From positions 1,549-39,465 of the forward strand of contig BLSG01000266.1 in assembly GCA_012862495.1 (NCBI GenBank): a stretch of DNA of 37,917 nt, read 5' to 3'. Both the position numbers and the translations under genes were made by a program. Within the stretch, counting starts at the first letter, position 1. Each line of letters opens with the position of its first letter. This stretch comes from Thraustochytrium aureum. Its lineage: Eukaryota. The notes beneath the pieces were generated by a model, which was not told where the DNA came from, did no database searches, and saw only the letters and a program-made list of their open reading frames with translations. Shown here piece by piece: positions 1-11,438 of the stretch.

Positions 1-1
1 G

Positions 2-773
2 TCTGCGGACGGGGCTGCGCTCCGCAACGCAACGTCTGGGCGAATCCTCGAGGCTCTCTTAGGCAGGGCCGGCGAAGCCGCGAGCGTTGTCGTCCCTGGC
101 GCTGGGCTGTCGAGGCTCGCTTTCGACATCGCACAGCTCTCGGATTCGTTTGATGTGACTGCAATCGAGATCGACGCCTCCCTTGTCCAGGCAACCTCGT
201 TCTTGCTCAATCGAGGCCAAGCGGACGCCTCGGGGGGGGGGCNCGTTGCCAGCGCTCGAGATCTTTCCCGCCCTTCATGTCACAAACAACTGGCGCGACA
301 GCGCGGATCGCTTTCGCCCTGTCCGTGTGCCAGACGTGGCAGTCGCCGGCTCTCGCGAGTTTCAGCTTGTCCTCGGAGCCTTCCCTCACGCAGCAGTGAC
401 CAAAGCGGACGTGGTGGCGACGAGTTTCTTTCTCGATGCAGGCGACCCGATCGCGTTCATGCGGGCTATTCGCGCAATGCTGGTTGCGGGCGAGGCTGGG
501 GTGGAAAGCGCTCCAGCGCAAGACCAGTGCAGCCTGGCACACTCGCGAGGGACGCGGAGGCGCATTTGGATCAACGATGGCCCCCTAGTCTTCCCGTACG
601 CAGGATTCGGCGAGATGCAACTGTCATTCGAGATGATTAAGGCTATCATGCCTTTAATTGGACTCGCGGTGATTGAAGAGCACGAGCACCCCTGCTCGTT
701 TGAGTTTTTGCACGGTCAGATGGAGAAGCGAGACCTCACCTGCTACTTTTTCATTGCTGAGCCAACGTGTTGA
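2..773 (+). CDS. CARNMT1: Carnosine N-methyltransferase / N2227-like SAM-dependent methyltransferase, 5' truncated by the window, frameshift at ~232-243
   Basis: Frame from nt 2 reads VVVPGAGLSRLAFDIA (N2227 motif I, VLVPGAGLGRL) then TAIEIDASLVQATSFLLN. After a poly-G run containing an n, the 183..773 frame reads IFPALHVTNNWRDSADRFRPVRVPDV, DVVATSFFLD and IWINDGPL, matching YPWIH...PDV, DCIATCFFID and IWINLGPL of this family. Stop TGA at 771-773. Confidence 0.85.
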
Positions 774-2554
774 ACTGTGCCTGGGCGGCAGGAGCAGACC
801 CAAGGCTGGGCTCACTAGGCTGCGGCTCGCAGCACATCCCTCGTCTTGAGCAGCAGAGCGCCACGACGTCGCTGCCTAGTGCAGCGACAAGCTCCGCCCG
901 AGTTTCTTGGTTGTAGTTACCGGTTGGGCCGAGGCTGACGACCGCACGCACAATCGCGCGCAAGCGGCCTTGGCAAGCCTCCTCTGCGGCGGTGAGCGTG
1001 GCCGATCGCGTCTCCTGGGCCCCAGGAGCTCCCACCGCAAGGCCTCCGGCAAGACGGGCGTCGGCATTTTGCCCCGGAGGCGCACCCGCGATTCCCTGCG
1101 CGACCAAACGGTCGAGGACCCAACCGTTCGCAGCCAGCTGAGCTGCAAATCTCGACTCGAGCGCAAGCAAACTTTCCCCTTCTCTCATCTGCGCTGCAAA
1201 CACAATCTCGAGATGGTGCTTCGCGAGCCCATTTCCACAGCAGTTCAGACCGAGTTGCCCGCCGTTGCTCTCAAGGCGATAGAGCGAGAAAGGGTCACCA
1301 GCCGCGCAAGACTCCGCTGGCAAAGTCTCAACACTTTCGGGGAGCCGAATCTGCAGGAAGGCCAAGGAAGCAGGGCCAGCAGGGTCTCGCATGAACCAGA
1401 GGTCAACCACCTCGACTTGGTGCTGTCTGCACAAGTCCGCGAGGGCGAATATGAGCCCATCCGAAGTTTGACCAAATGCGACCAAATCCGCGCGCTCGCA
1501 CAGCTCCTCGTCACCCGGTGCGGCGCGCTGCCCAAGCTTGCCGGGCCGCAGAGCAAGGCGGAAGAGAAGAGGGGCTAGAAAGGTGGCCCAGAGAAGTGCC
1601 CAGGTAACAACGACAAACATTTGCTGTGATACGAGGTTGGCCCGCGCTGCCATATCAGCGATCAGAAAGCCAAGTTCGCCGCGACCGACCATCGCGGCAC
1701 CCAGAGCAAGCTTCTCACGACGCTCCAGATGGGTCGCTAACGCTCCAACCCAAGCCTTGCCAACAACCGCCCCCACAAGCCCAAGCAGCGTTCCCTGAGC
1801 AAACTCCTGACCCTGGAACATGTCGCGGACAGGGATAGAAAAGGCAATGACGGCGCCAAAAAACAGGCGCAGCAGGATGCGAGAAATGCGCTTCATTTGC
1901 CGCGCCCAAGCGGCCTGCGCGGACCTACTGCCGACAAACCACGTCCCGGCCACGAATGAGCCCAAGAGGAACGATCCGATCACCGCTCCGATGACGCTCG
2001 CCAGCGCCAGCGAGCAGAGCATGGCGCCCACAAGCACTTCGTCAGAGAGACCGGCCGGGACGCGCCGCGCCACACGCGGGGCGACATAGACCCCGCCGAC
2101 GCCGACGCCAGCCCGAGAAACAGGAGCCCCCAGAGCAGAACGAGAGCGACACTAGCGCCGCCCCCTCCGTCGCCGTCATTCTCGCTGAGGTTAACCAAGG
2201 CAAGCAGCACCACAAGAGACAAGACGTCGTCGAGCGCAGCGGCTGCGACGATCGTTTGCCCAAGCGGCGAGCTCACGAGGCCCAACTCTGCCAACAGGCT
2301 CACGGCCACGCCCACGCTTGTGGGGGCAAGGGCGCACCCAGCTGCCAGCGCATCAGGATACGCCTTGAACTCTGGAAAACCAAGCCCAAACATGAGCATG
2401 GTGAGCGCGATAGGACCGCCCATGCCGCAGACCGCAATGAAGGCGGCACGAACCCCCACTTTGGCGAGGCAGGCAAAGTCCATTTCCGCGCCCCGACTCG
2501 AACAGCAGGAGCGCCACGCCGATCTGGCCCAGCAGCTCCATTTCCGACAGCCCG
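751..2554 (-). CDS. CPA2-family cation/proton antiporter (Na_H_Exchanger) with a soluble C-terminal extension; 5' end lost in gap; frameshifts at ~2490 and ~2090
   Basis: LLGQIGVALLLFESG, ALAPTSVGVAVSLLAELG, LGQTIVAAAALDDVLSLVVL (CPA2 DD motif), LLGSFVAG, LFFGAVIAF and AMVGRGELGFLIA are typical CPA2 (NapA/KefB/CHX-type) segments, with many hydrophobic helices. Confidence 0.88.
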
Positions 2555-3078
2555 NNNNNNNNNNNNNNNNNNNNNNNNNNNNNNNNNNNNNNNNNNNNNN
2601 NNNNNNNNNNNNNNNNNNNNNNNNNNNNNNNNNNNNNNNNNNNNNNNNNNNNNNNNNNNNNNNNNNNNNNNNNNNNNNNNNNNNNNNNNNNNNNNNNNNN
2701 NNNNNNNNNNNNNNNNNNNNNNNNNNNNNNNNNNNNNNNNNNNNNNNNNNNNNNNNNNNNNNNNNNNNNNNNNNNNNNNNNNNNNNNNNNNNNNNNNNNN
2801 NNNNNNNNNNNNNNNNNNNNNNNNNNNNNNNNNNNNNNNNNNNNNNNNNNNNNNNNNNNNNNNNNNNNNNNNNNNNNNNNNNNNNNNNNNNNNNNNNNNN
2901 NNNNNNNNNNNNNNNNNNNNNNNNNNNNNNNNNNNNNNNNNNNNNNNNNNNNNNNNNNNNNNNNNNNNNNNNNNNNNNNNNNNNNNNNNGCCAGCAGCGC
3001 GCGACTAGCGGCAGCTGCTCGCGGCCAGTAGCAGCTGCTCGCGGCCACCGAGAAGGTGGGGGCGTCTGGGCCGCGACG

Positions 3079-6000
3079 ATGGGAAGCGAAAACAGCACTC
3101 CAGAGAGAGCCCAGCCGGACGCGGTAGCCAAAGGTGCCGGCAACGCAGGTCGCACCGTTGGAAACCTATTGGGCGCCGCTTTCAATGCAAGTGAGGATGG
3201 CCCAAGCAGGCCCCCGCTCGAACGCGAAAAGTGTTTTGCAAAGCTCGTTCGTGGCGCAGAGCTGGCTGAGACCCAGTCTGGACGACAGGCCAAGCTGAGG
3301 GTTCTCACGCGGGCCTTTGATCTAGTTCGCGAGATTGGGGGTGCCGCGGCTCTCCGAGTGGTGTGCGAGTCGCCTGAATCGCAGCGGTTCCTCGGGGCAG
3401 TGGTGGGGCTGCAGGAGAGCCGGGAGAGCGACTTTCAACTGGCGAGCAGCAAGCTGGTCTGGGCCCTGCTCGCTGGCGGGTCGCTCGAATTCACCGGCGA
3501 GGCGCTGTGCCCGTTCGGGGTGCGTGCCGAGCGCGCCGCTGGCCCAGAGCTCCTCGCAACGCTCGACGACCTCCTGCTTGACAAGTGCAGGTACCCGTAC
3601 CCGCTTGTCCCGCTGGCGTTGTCCAGCGACCCAGACGTGGCAAAGTACTCCATCGCTTGCCTGAGCTTGATCCTTTCGCGAAACGACCCGAGGTACCTCT
3701 TCGAAGGAGAGACCGTTCTGGATACCCTGATCGAAGCGCTCATTGGCAACATCGTGTCGCTTGACTGCGACACGCAGCTCGCGGCCGTGTCCAGCCTGAT
3801 CAGCATCTCGTCCGATTTGGCAACGCACGAAGTCATCTTGCAGTGCGACGGGCTCGAGCACCTCTTCAGCCTGATGCAACGACCGAGCTGCCCGCTCGAT
3901 GTCTTGTCGGCCGTCTCGCTGTGTTTGCGGCTCCTGGTGCAGCGAAGTCCGTTCATGTGCTACAAAAAGCTCGAGGGAAGGCTCAGCAACGGCCAGCTGA
4001 TACTCACAAGCCTGCTGACCCGCGTTCGGGACTTCTTCAAGTACTACCCCAAGCTCTGCCACGCCGTGAGCTCAAGTGCGGTCGTCGACTCGATTATCAT
4101 TCTCACAGTGTGCACGCGGAACGATGCGCTCCTTACTGCGATCAAGGACGGCCAAGAAGACCCCTCGATGGCGATTCCAGAGCTTGCACTCGCCTGCTTT
4201 CGCCAAATCGAGAAAGACGTCCACAAGCCCTCCCGTCTGGTGCACTTTCGACTTGTTGTGNNNNNNNNNNNNNNNNNNNNNNNNNNNNNNNNNNNNNNNN
4301 NNNNNNNNNNNNNNNNNNNNNNNNNNNNNNNNNNNNNNNNNNNNNNNNNNNNNNNNNNNNNNNNNNNNNNNNNNNNNNNNNNNNNNNNNNNNNNNNNNNN
4401 NNNNNNNNNNNNNNNNNNNNNNNNNNNNNNNNNNNNNNNNNNNNNNNNNNNNNNNNNNNNNNNNNNNNNNNNNNNNNNNNNNNNNNNNNNNNNNNNNNNN
4501 NNNNNNNNNNNNNNNNNNNNNNNNNNNNNNNNNNNNNNNNNNNNNNNNNNNNNNNNNNNNNNNNNNNNNNNNNNNNNNNNNNNNNNNNNNNNNNNNNNNN
4601 NNNNNNNNNNNNNNNNNNNNNNNNNNNNNNNNNNNNNNNNNNNNNNNNNNNNNNNNNNNNNNNNNNNNNNNNNNNNNNNNNNNNNNNNNNNNNNNNNNNN
4701 NNNNNNNNNNNNNNNNNNNNNNNNNNNNNNNNNNNNNNNNNNNNNNNNNNNNNNNNNNNNNNNNNNNNNNNNNNNNNNNNNNNNNNNNNNNNNNNNNNNN
4801 NNNNNNNNNNNNNNNNNNNNNNNNNNNNNNNNNNNNNNNNNNNNNNNNNNNNNNNNNNNNNNNNNNNNNNNNNNNNNNNNNNNNNNATCTGGCCAACCAG
4901 ATGCAGCCGCTGCCCTTGGAAGCGGCACCCCGAAATCGGATGGGGCCGCAGGAGTAGGCACCTCGGACGATGCGGCACGCCCGAGTCCAATCGACCCACA
5001 TGCGCCGCGCCGCCGCCGCCAAATTGACCCTGTGCATGAGACCGAGCAGGGTGCAGGCGACACAGGGGCTGCTGAGTGGGCAGTGTACGCGAACGCGCTG
5101 CTGGATCACTTTGACGATGCTCAGGTGGTCGCAAAATGCTATGCAGTATTCGCCACCGCGATGGCGTCCACAGGTTGGGGTCCCGTTTTGACTGGTCTAG
5201 GATCGACACCGGTCGCCGGTTCTCCACTCTCGGTGAGTCCAAGCTCGACTGTGCTATCGCCGCAGCAACCTTCGGATTCGGTCGGCGCTGAGCTCCCCTG
5301 GAATGACCAGCTCGTGGGGCGCATTGTCAGCCGGCTTTCTTCGACTTCCACGGCAAAACTTGACGATTCTCAAGCTGCAGCAGCAGTTGCTGCCCAGCGT
5401 GAGGCAACGCGCGTGCTTCTCCAGCTCACGCAACCCGAAGCGCTGGAGCGCGAGTCCGGCCTCATTCTCCACCTCAAGTTTGACTGCCCTTCGCGACTGG
5501 AGGCCGAGTCTGCGGGACTTGTGGCAACGGCAGCAGTCGCCAGTGTCGTCGACGCGTCTGGGACGTCGTCGACGGCAGCGCTCGGGAGGCCGACACATCC
5601 TTTCGACCTCGAACCAGCCACACCGGAGGGCAAGCTGGACGAGCTGATTGGGTCGCACTGCCCCTGGGGGGTCCTCTTTAGGGGCACAAGCGATGCGATT
5701 ATGGTTCGCCCAGTCTCGCTCTACCCGCGCCAAAGGACGGAGGCGCCCGTTGGGGCTTGCTGTCGCCTCATGGGTGGACAATCAGCGTTTGGGTCCGCTG
5801 TCTTGCCAAGCCGACGCCTTCCGACGCGACAGAGGAGCGGGCCAGCTCTGTGCGGCTCCACACCTTGGTCTGATGGCTTCTGGCAGCCAACCCATCGCAC
5901 TCTTGCAGACTGCCGCCGGGCTCGAGCTCGGCTGCTTGGTTGCGCATCCCGCCAGAGTGCAGAGCCGCGCGGGTGCGGAGGGGCGTCAAGAGCGCCACTC

Positions 6001-6716
6001 CTCCAACTGGCTCCCGGGCGGCAAGTCCAAGAGCGAGAAGCACGCTCCAAGGAAGGAGGGCCAGACCTGGCTCGGGAGCGGCGTTGACTTCAACAGGCTT
6101 GAACCAGGCTGGCATCATCTCGTGGCCTGTGCAGATGCCAAGGGCATCTCGTTTTTATCGACATGGCTGCCTGCGGCGAGCGCGTCGAATTGAACTCCAT
6201 CGGGAGCTCCCCCGTGCAGTGGTTGGCAACGACCTTGCTATGCAGACCCCTTTCCATCCGGACTGGGCTATTGCCGACCTTCGCGTCTATGCCCGAGCGG
6301 TCCCTTTGCAAAAGGGTTAGTGGGGTTCTGCGGCGCGCTTCCCGCTCAATCGCCGGCCATGGGATGCTAGCAATGCCCTCGGCATGGGGCATGAGATGGC
6401 CCGCCATCGCCTTGGGCAGGTCGCCGTGGGTGCAGCTGTGCAGCTACTTCGCACCGACATCGTCGAGGTTGAGGAGGTCGCCGCCAAGCTAGTCCTCAAC
6501 TTGCTGACGCAGCGGGGCACGGTCTTTGGCCTCGTTGCTGTTGGCGGACTGCATGCAATTGTTGACGGCGCCCACCTGTCCGTTTCCGACGACCGTGCGG
6601 TATTTGCGACGACGGAGGACGACGACCCCGCCACAGAAAGCACGGGTCGGTATCTCCGCTGGAGGAAGCAGACGGCTCGCATCTTGATGAAGTGCGCGCT
6701 TGTGCGCATGAGGTGA
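3079..6716 (+). CDS. Large ARM/HEAT-repeat protein with an embedded concanavalin A-like/Laminin_G_3 domain (spans a gap, several frameshifts)
   Basis: ATG at 3079. Leucine-rich helical repeats (TQLAAVSSLISISSDLATHEVILQCDGLEHLFSLMQ; VEEVAAKLVLNLLTQ...VGGLHAIV). LamG-like signatures: GLILHLKFD (~5460), GWHHLVACAD (~6108), ISF(F)ID, VGND and IADLRVYAR (~6270-6300). Stop TGA at 6714-6716. Continuity across the 4261-4886 gap is assumed. Confidence 0.65.
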
Positions 6717-6860
6717 ACCCGCACTGACATGCATTTCTTCTGTTAGTTATTTCTTTTCTTGCCAACGGCGGGAGACCTTGCGCTGCCAACGACGTCGTGA
6801 CTGCGCGCACTCTGCGTTCGCTGAGCGCCTGTCGCAGCACAAAACACCCCATGGAGCCTT

Positions 6861-8206
6861 TTATCCGAGCTCGCCGAGGGCGCCGGACGCTTTGGCCTCT
6901 TCTGCACGCTTGTCCTCGTCAACGGAAAGTGTAAACGGGATCTGAACTAGCGAGACGGGCGTTGCGCACTCGAAGGTTGTACGTGGCGTGAGGGCCCCAG
7001 TGGAGGGATCAACCCTGAAAATCGCCACCGTCGAAGAATCCTGGTTGCATACAAGCAGAGTCGACCCAGAGCTATCCAACGCAATCTCTCGCGGCGTCCT
7101 GCCAAGCGAATCCACAGTCCCCTTGAAAGTGAGATGCATCTTGGCCCAGTCAAAGTGAACTAGCGCCACCGAGCCGTTTCCCACGCACGTACGGTTGGAC
7201 GCGAAGATAAAGCTCCCGTTCGGGTGGACGACGATTGCAGCAGCGGTGGTGTCGCGATCAGAGCATGCCTCGCTGGTGCCGTTCACAATTGAGATCTCCT
7301 GCGTGACATCAGCGAGCAGCCTGCGGCCATCGGAGGGCTGCAATTGTGCTCTGCGTGCAGCGCGGTTCCTTGACGCAGTAGCATGCACGGAGCCGGAGAA
7401 AGACCAACGTGGTTGGTGTCGATCAAGCAGATCGTCGAACTGAGCTCACAGAGAACGAGCAAGGCTTCCGGCGCGCTGGAGTGTCGCGCTGCATGTCGTG
7501 GCCCGCTCCCCGCAGGCAAGTAGTATGCCCCCTCAAGGGCAGGAGTTTGCGTTGTAGACCCTGCTGGAACGCGGAATAGATGAACGCAGTCAAGTCCGAG
7601 ATCGGGCACCAACACAGCAGCAGGAGCCATCGCTGTTGCTGTTGGCGGTGTTGCAGAGGTGGCAGGAGAGCTGCTCTCGTACGCAGCGGACCCAGTCCAC
7701 AGCAGGCATTGGTGGGGATGGGCCATTTCTTGCCGCTCGGCGTTCGGCCCGGCTTGCAGCAAGCTGGCTCCGAAGGGCTCTTGAAGCACCGAGACGCACG
7801 CGGTGATGGCGCCTGACGCCCTGTCCAGCGAGTAGGTGCAGAACGGCCCGCCGCCATAGTTGACCACGAAAAGGAGCGAACCGCTTGGGTCGACGGCGAC
7901 GTGCGCACAAGATGTCCCGCGCGAGCTTTCGCGCGAAAGACGCTCGAGCGCCAAGGAGACCGGGTCGTAGCTGAACGCAAACACGTGGCCGTCCTCGAGC
8001 TTTTCGTCGACGGCGTACAGCACTCGGAGGTGCGGGTGCAGCGCAAGATATGACGAGTCGCTCGGAGTCTCGGGGTCCCTTGCGCTGGCCCACGACCGCA
8101 CGAGTGCGACGCTAGGCTCTAGCGCGCCAAGGCGAAGCCGGAGGCCGACGATCCCTTTGCCCTCGCCGTCGACGTGGAGCAGTTTCGTCCCTGAGACTGC
8201 CAAGGC
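6861..8206 (-). CDS. pgl: 6-phosphogluconolactonase-like 7-bladed beta-propeller lactonase (YbhE/cycloisomerase-2 family); start in gap; frameshift at ~7400
   Basis: SYLALHPHLRVLYAVDE, CAHVAVDPSGSLLFVVNYGGG, PNAERQEMAHPHQ, VPDLGLD, LPAGSGPRH, VLCELSSTI, AAAIVVHPNGSFIFASNR, GRTPREIALDSSG and LVCNQDSSTV are the diagnostic motifs of the Pgl/YbhE lactonase family. Confidence 0.92.
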
Positions 8207-8557
8207 NNNNNNNNNNNNNNNNNNNNNNNNNNNNNNNNNNNNNNNNNNNNNNNNNNNNNNNNNNNNNNNNNNNNNNNNNNNNNNNNNNNNNNNNNNNNNN
8301 NNNNNNNNNNNNNNNNNNNNNNNNNNNNNNNNNNNNNNNNNNNNNNNNNNNNNNNNNNNNNNNNNNNNNNNNNNNNNNNNNNNNNNNNNNNNNNNNNNNN
8401 NNNNNNNNNNNNNNNNNNNNNNNNNNNNNNNNNNNNNGCTCCAGCAAGCCCGAGATACGGCGAGCAATACCGATTTACGTAGCGGCAGGGGCGGGCAGCC
8501 AGCCGCTGAGGACCCGCCAACTGCGCGAAAACGCTCCCTTTCCCGTTCGCAAGGCCG

Positions 8558-10779
8558 ATGGCGCACAGTTATCACGATGAGGACCTCCCTGAAGTTATGT
8601 TCACGCCGCTGGACGCACCCTTCTCGCCGTACAGCTCTGGGTTCGGCAGCTCGCACAGCGTCTCGGACAGCAGCACATATATCATGTCGCCAGAGCGCGA
8701 AGAGTCTGGCGACGGAGAGCACCACCTTCACCCGATCCCAGAGGCCGACTCCCACAAGGACGGGGAGGATCAAGGCGAAGTCGTTGATGACGAGCTCGAG
8801 GGGTTCATCGACATCCTTGATGACACTGGGGATGACGGGAACTTTGACACATGTTTTGACTTGTACACAGACGACCTGGCCAACGTTGCGCCTGAGCCCC
8901 CCCACGCGCCTTCTAAACTCAACACTCAACTCTTGCCAGCGGCAATGACGGCGCAGCACTCCCAGCAGCAGCTTCCACCACCAATGCACGACGACATGAT
9001 GGGAGACCGGCGATACGCCGGGAGCGAGCATTACCAGCAAGAGATGGGGCATGAGTTTATGTACGACGACCCTAGTCTCCTCGACCCATCGTCCTTGGGG
9101 CCTAGCTACCCGATGAGCAACGGCGGAACCCCGCCGTTCGACGAGCAGTCGTTCGGCCACGCGATGGAAGCCCGCAGGGAGCCGGACGCGTATTCCAACG
9201 GGCGCGCGATGCACCATGAACTGGGGCCGTCCGCTCGCGCAGAAGACCAGCAAGTATTCAACCGCGACCTGTCCATCGCCCAGATCGGGGAGAACAAGGA
9301 CAGCGGGCCGTTGCCGTACGACCCGCTCGCAGACCCCGGGGCCTTGGATGGCTTTTCTGGGATGGGCATGTACGATCTAAGTGGGCTTGCGGAGACCAGC
9401 ATCAAGCACGAGTACTCTCCCGCTCTCTTCCCCGGGGCAGAAGCGGCGCCGCCAGCGGGCGCCGAGCAAATCACTCGCGGTGCAAACGGCTATGCCCTGC
9501 ACATCATCACAAGATTCCACGCAAAGTACTGGCGAAACGACCGCAAAAACCTCCAGTGCTTCCCCGTTTGCCCCGAGTTTGGAGATTACTACCTCCTGCG
9601 TGTGCGCCAACTAAAGCACAAAGTGAGTGGAGGCGGAACCTGCAGCAGCTCGGTCAGCGCACGGCTCGAGGGCCCCGGTCTGGGGAGACTCGGGCGAGCC
9701 CGATGTGATCGCACTTTCGCGAATCAATCTGGCCCACGAAACCGGCAGGAGCACAACGCTAGAGCCTGGCATGGAGCTCTCCAAGGCGGACTTTGACGCA
9801 CTCAGGAAACACTGCCTCACTGGCAAAGCGAGCCCTGCTGCGCCCGGCGTTGTCAACATCAATTTTGGAGCCAATAGCTGGAAGCTGACCGTGGAGCTTT
9901 CCAAAAAGCGCCGCCCGAAAGGCATGCCAGAAAAGGCGCCAAAGTACTGCTTTGAGGTGATCTGCCTCGCCAAACGGAGCGACGGGACATACGGTGTCCT
10001 TTGCAACACAGAGTCCACCCTGTTTCACATCGCGAGCACGCGGACGCTCGCGCGGGAGATTGAGGCCAGAACATCTGGCTCAGAGACCGGGTCGGTTGAG
10101 CCAAAGCGAAAGCGCGCTGCCGAGGAGGGCAGTGCGTCGCCGCATGCGCACGACGAGTACCTTGTCGAGGGTGCGGACGACTCGCTGTACACCCCAACGC
10201 AAATCAAGCGGGTCCGTCCCGACGACCCCAACTATCGCGCTGCCGAGCCTGATCCTGCAAGATCCCACGTCATCCTCGAGGTTGAGGATGTCGATAAGGT
10301 GCCAGAGTCTGACTCGAACAGCAACCCTGAAACCCGCAACCTTTCAGCCGCCTCGGGCACCGCCAGCGCGGCGGCAAAGGCGCAAGTGCCTTTGGCGCCT
10401 CCACCTCCACCTCCGCCCCCGACCCCGCCGGTAAAAGGTCTTGTCGAGGAGCCGCCTCTTGACGAGCTGGAATCATCAACCGGAGCGGCTCTGCGCGCCC
10501 CTGTCGCGGCGCCACGTGTCGCAGACACTTTGGCAACCCAACACCACGAGTCGGACTACAGTGCTGCGCTGCCGCTGGACCCTGGTGGACCGGCAACTGG
10601 CAGCGGAGGCGCAGCAGGCGAGGTTGAGATGGGGACCTATCCCAGCTCTTGTGGTCGACGAGCACATCCCGCAAGCAGAAGTGTACCGCGTGTCCACGGC
10701 GTACCAGTACTGCCTGTTTCTCGGTCTCTTCGGCGGCCACCACTTTTACCTTGGCCGCCACGGGTGGGGCACCGTGTAC
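8558..10779 (+). CDS. Putative transcription-factor-like protein: acidic N-terminus, KNLxCFPxC domain, basic patch and C-terminal TM2 domain; 3' end in gap; frameshifts at ~9675 and ~10632
   Basis: Joins ORFs 8558, 9627 and 10441. The N-terminus is D/E/P/M-rich and probably disordered. The domain runs from KYWRNDRKNLQCFPVC to STLFHIASTR, followed by EPKRKR and poly-Pro. The final AYQYCLFLGLFGGHHFYLGRHGWGTVY matches the TM2 consensus (LxxxLGxxGxHRFYLG). Confidence 0.75.
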
Positions 10780-11438
10780 NNNNNNNNNNNNNNNNNNNNN
10801 NNNNNNNNNNNNNNNNNNNNNNNNNNNNNNNNNNNNNNNNNNNNNNNNNNNNNNNNNNNNNNNNNNNNNNNNNNNNNNNNNNNNNNNNNNNNNNNNNNNN
10901 NNNNNNNNNNNNNNNNNNNNNNNNNNNNNNNNNNNNNNNNNNNNNNNNNNNNNNNNNNNNNNNNNNNNNNNNNNNNNNNNNNNNNNNNNNNNNNNNNNNN
11001 NNNNNNNNNNNNNNNNNNNNNNNNNNNNNNNNNNNNNNNNNNNNNNNNNNNNNNNNNNNNNNNNNNNNNNNNNNNNNNNNNNNNNNNNNNNNNNNNNNNN
11101 NNNNNNNNNNNNNNNNNNNNNNNNNNNNNNNNNNNNNNNNNNNNNNNNNNNNNNNNNNNNNNNNNNNNNNNNNNNNNNNNNNNNNNNNNNNNNNNNNNNN
11201 NNNNNNNNNNNNNNNNNNNNNNNNNNNNNNNNNNNNNNNNNNNNNNNNNNNNNNNNNNNNNNNNNNNNNNNNNNNNNNNNNNNNNNNNNNNNNNNNNNNN
11301 NNNNNNNNNNNNNNNNNNNNNNNNNNNNNNNNNNNNNNNNNNNNNNNNNNNNNNNNNNNNNNNNNNNNNNNNNNNNNNNNNNNNNNNNNNNNNNNNNNNN
11401 NNNNNNNNNNNNNNNNNNNNNNNNNNNNNNNNGCGGCA

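Noticed and set aside
232..243. Programmed ribosomal frameshift at a G run (and at other frameshift sites)
   Set aside because: An ambiguous base at the site and the many similar indels across unrelated genes point to sequencing error.
2320..3078. Extension of the 1255-aa ORF upstream through the N-gap
   Set aside because: It is an artefact of translating Ns; the part before the gap is antisense to the antiporter.
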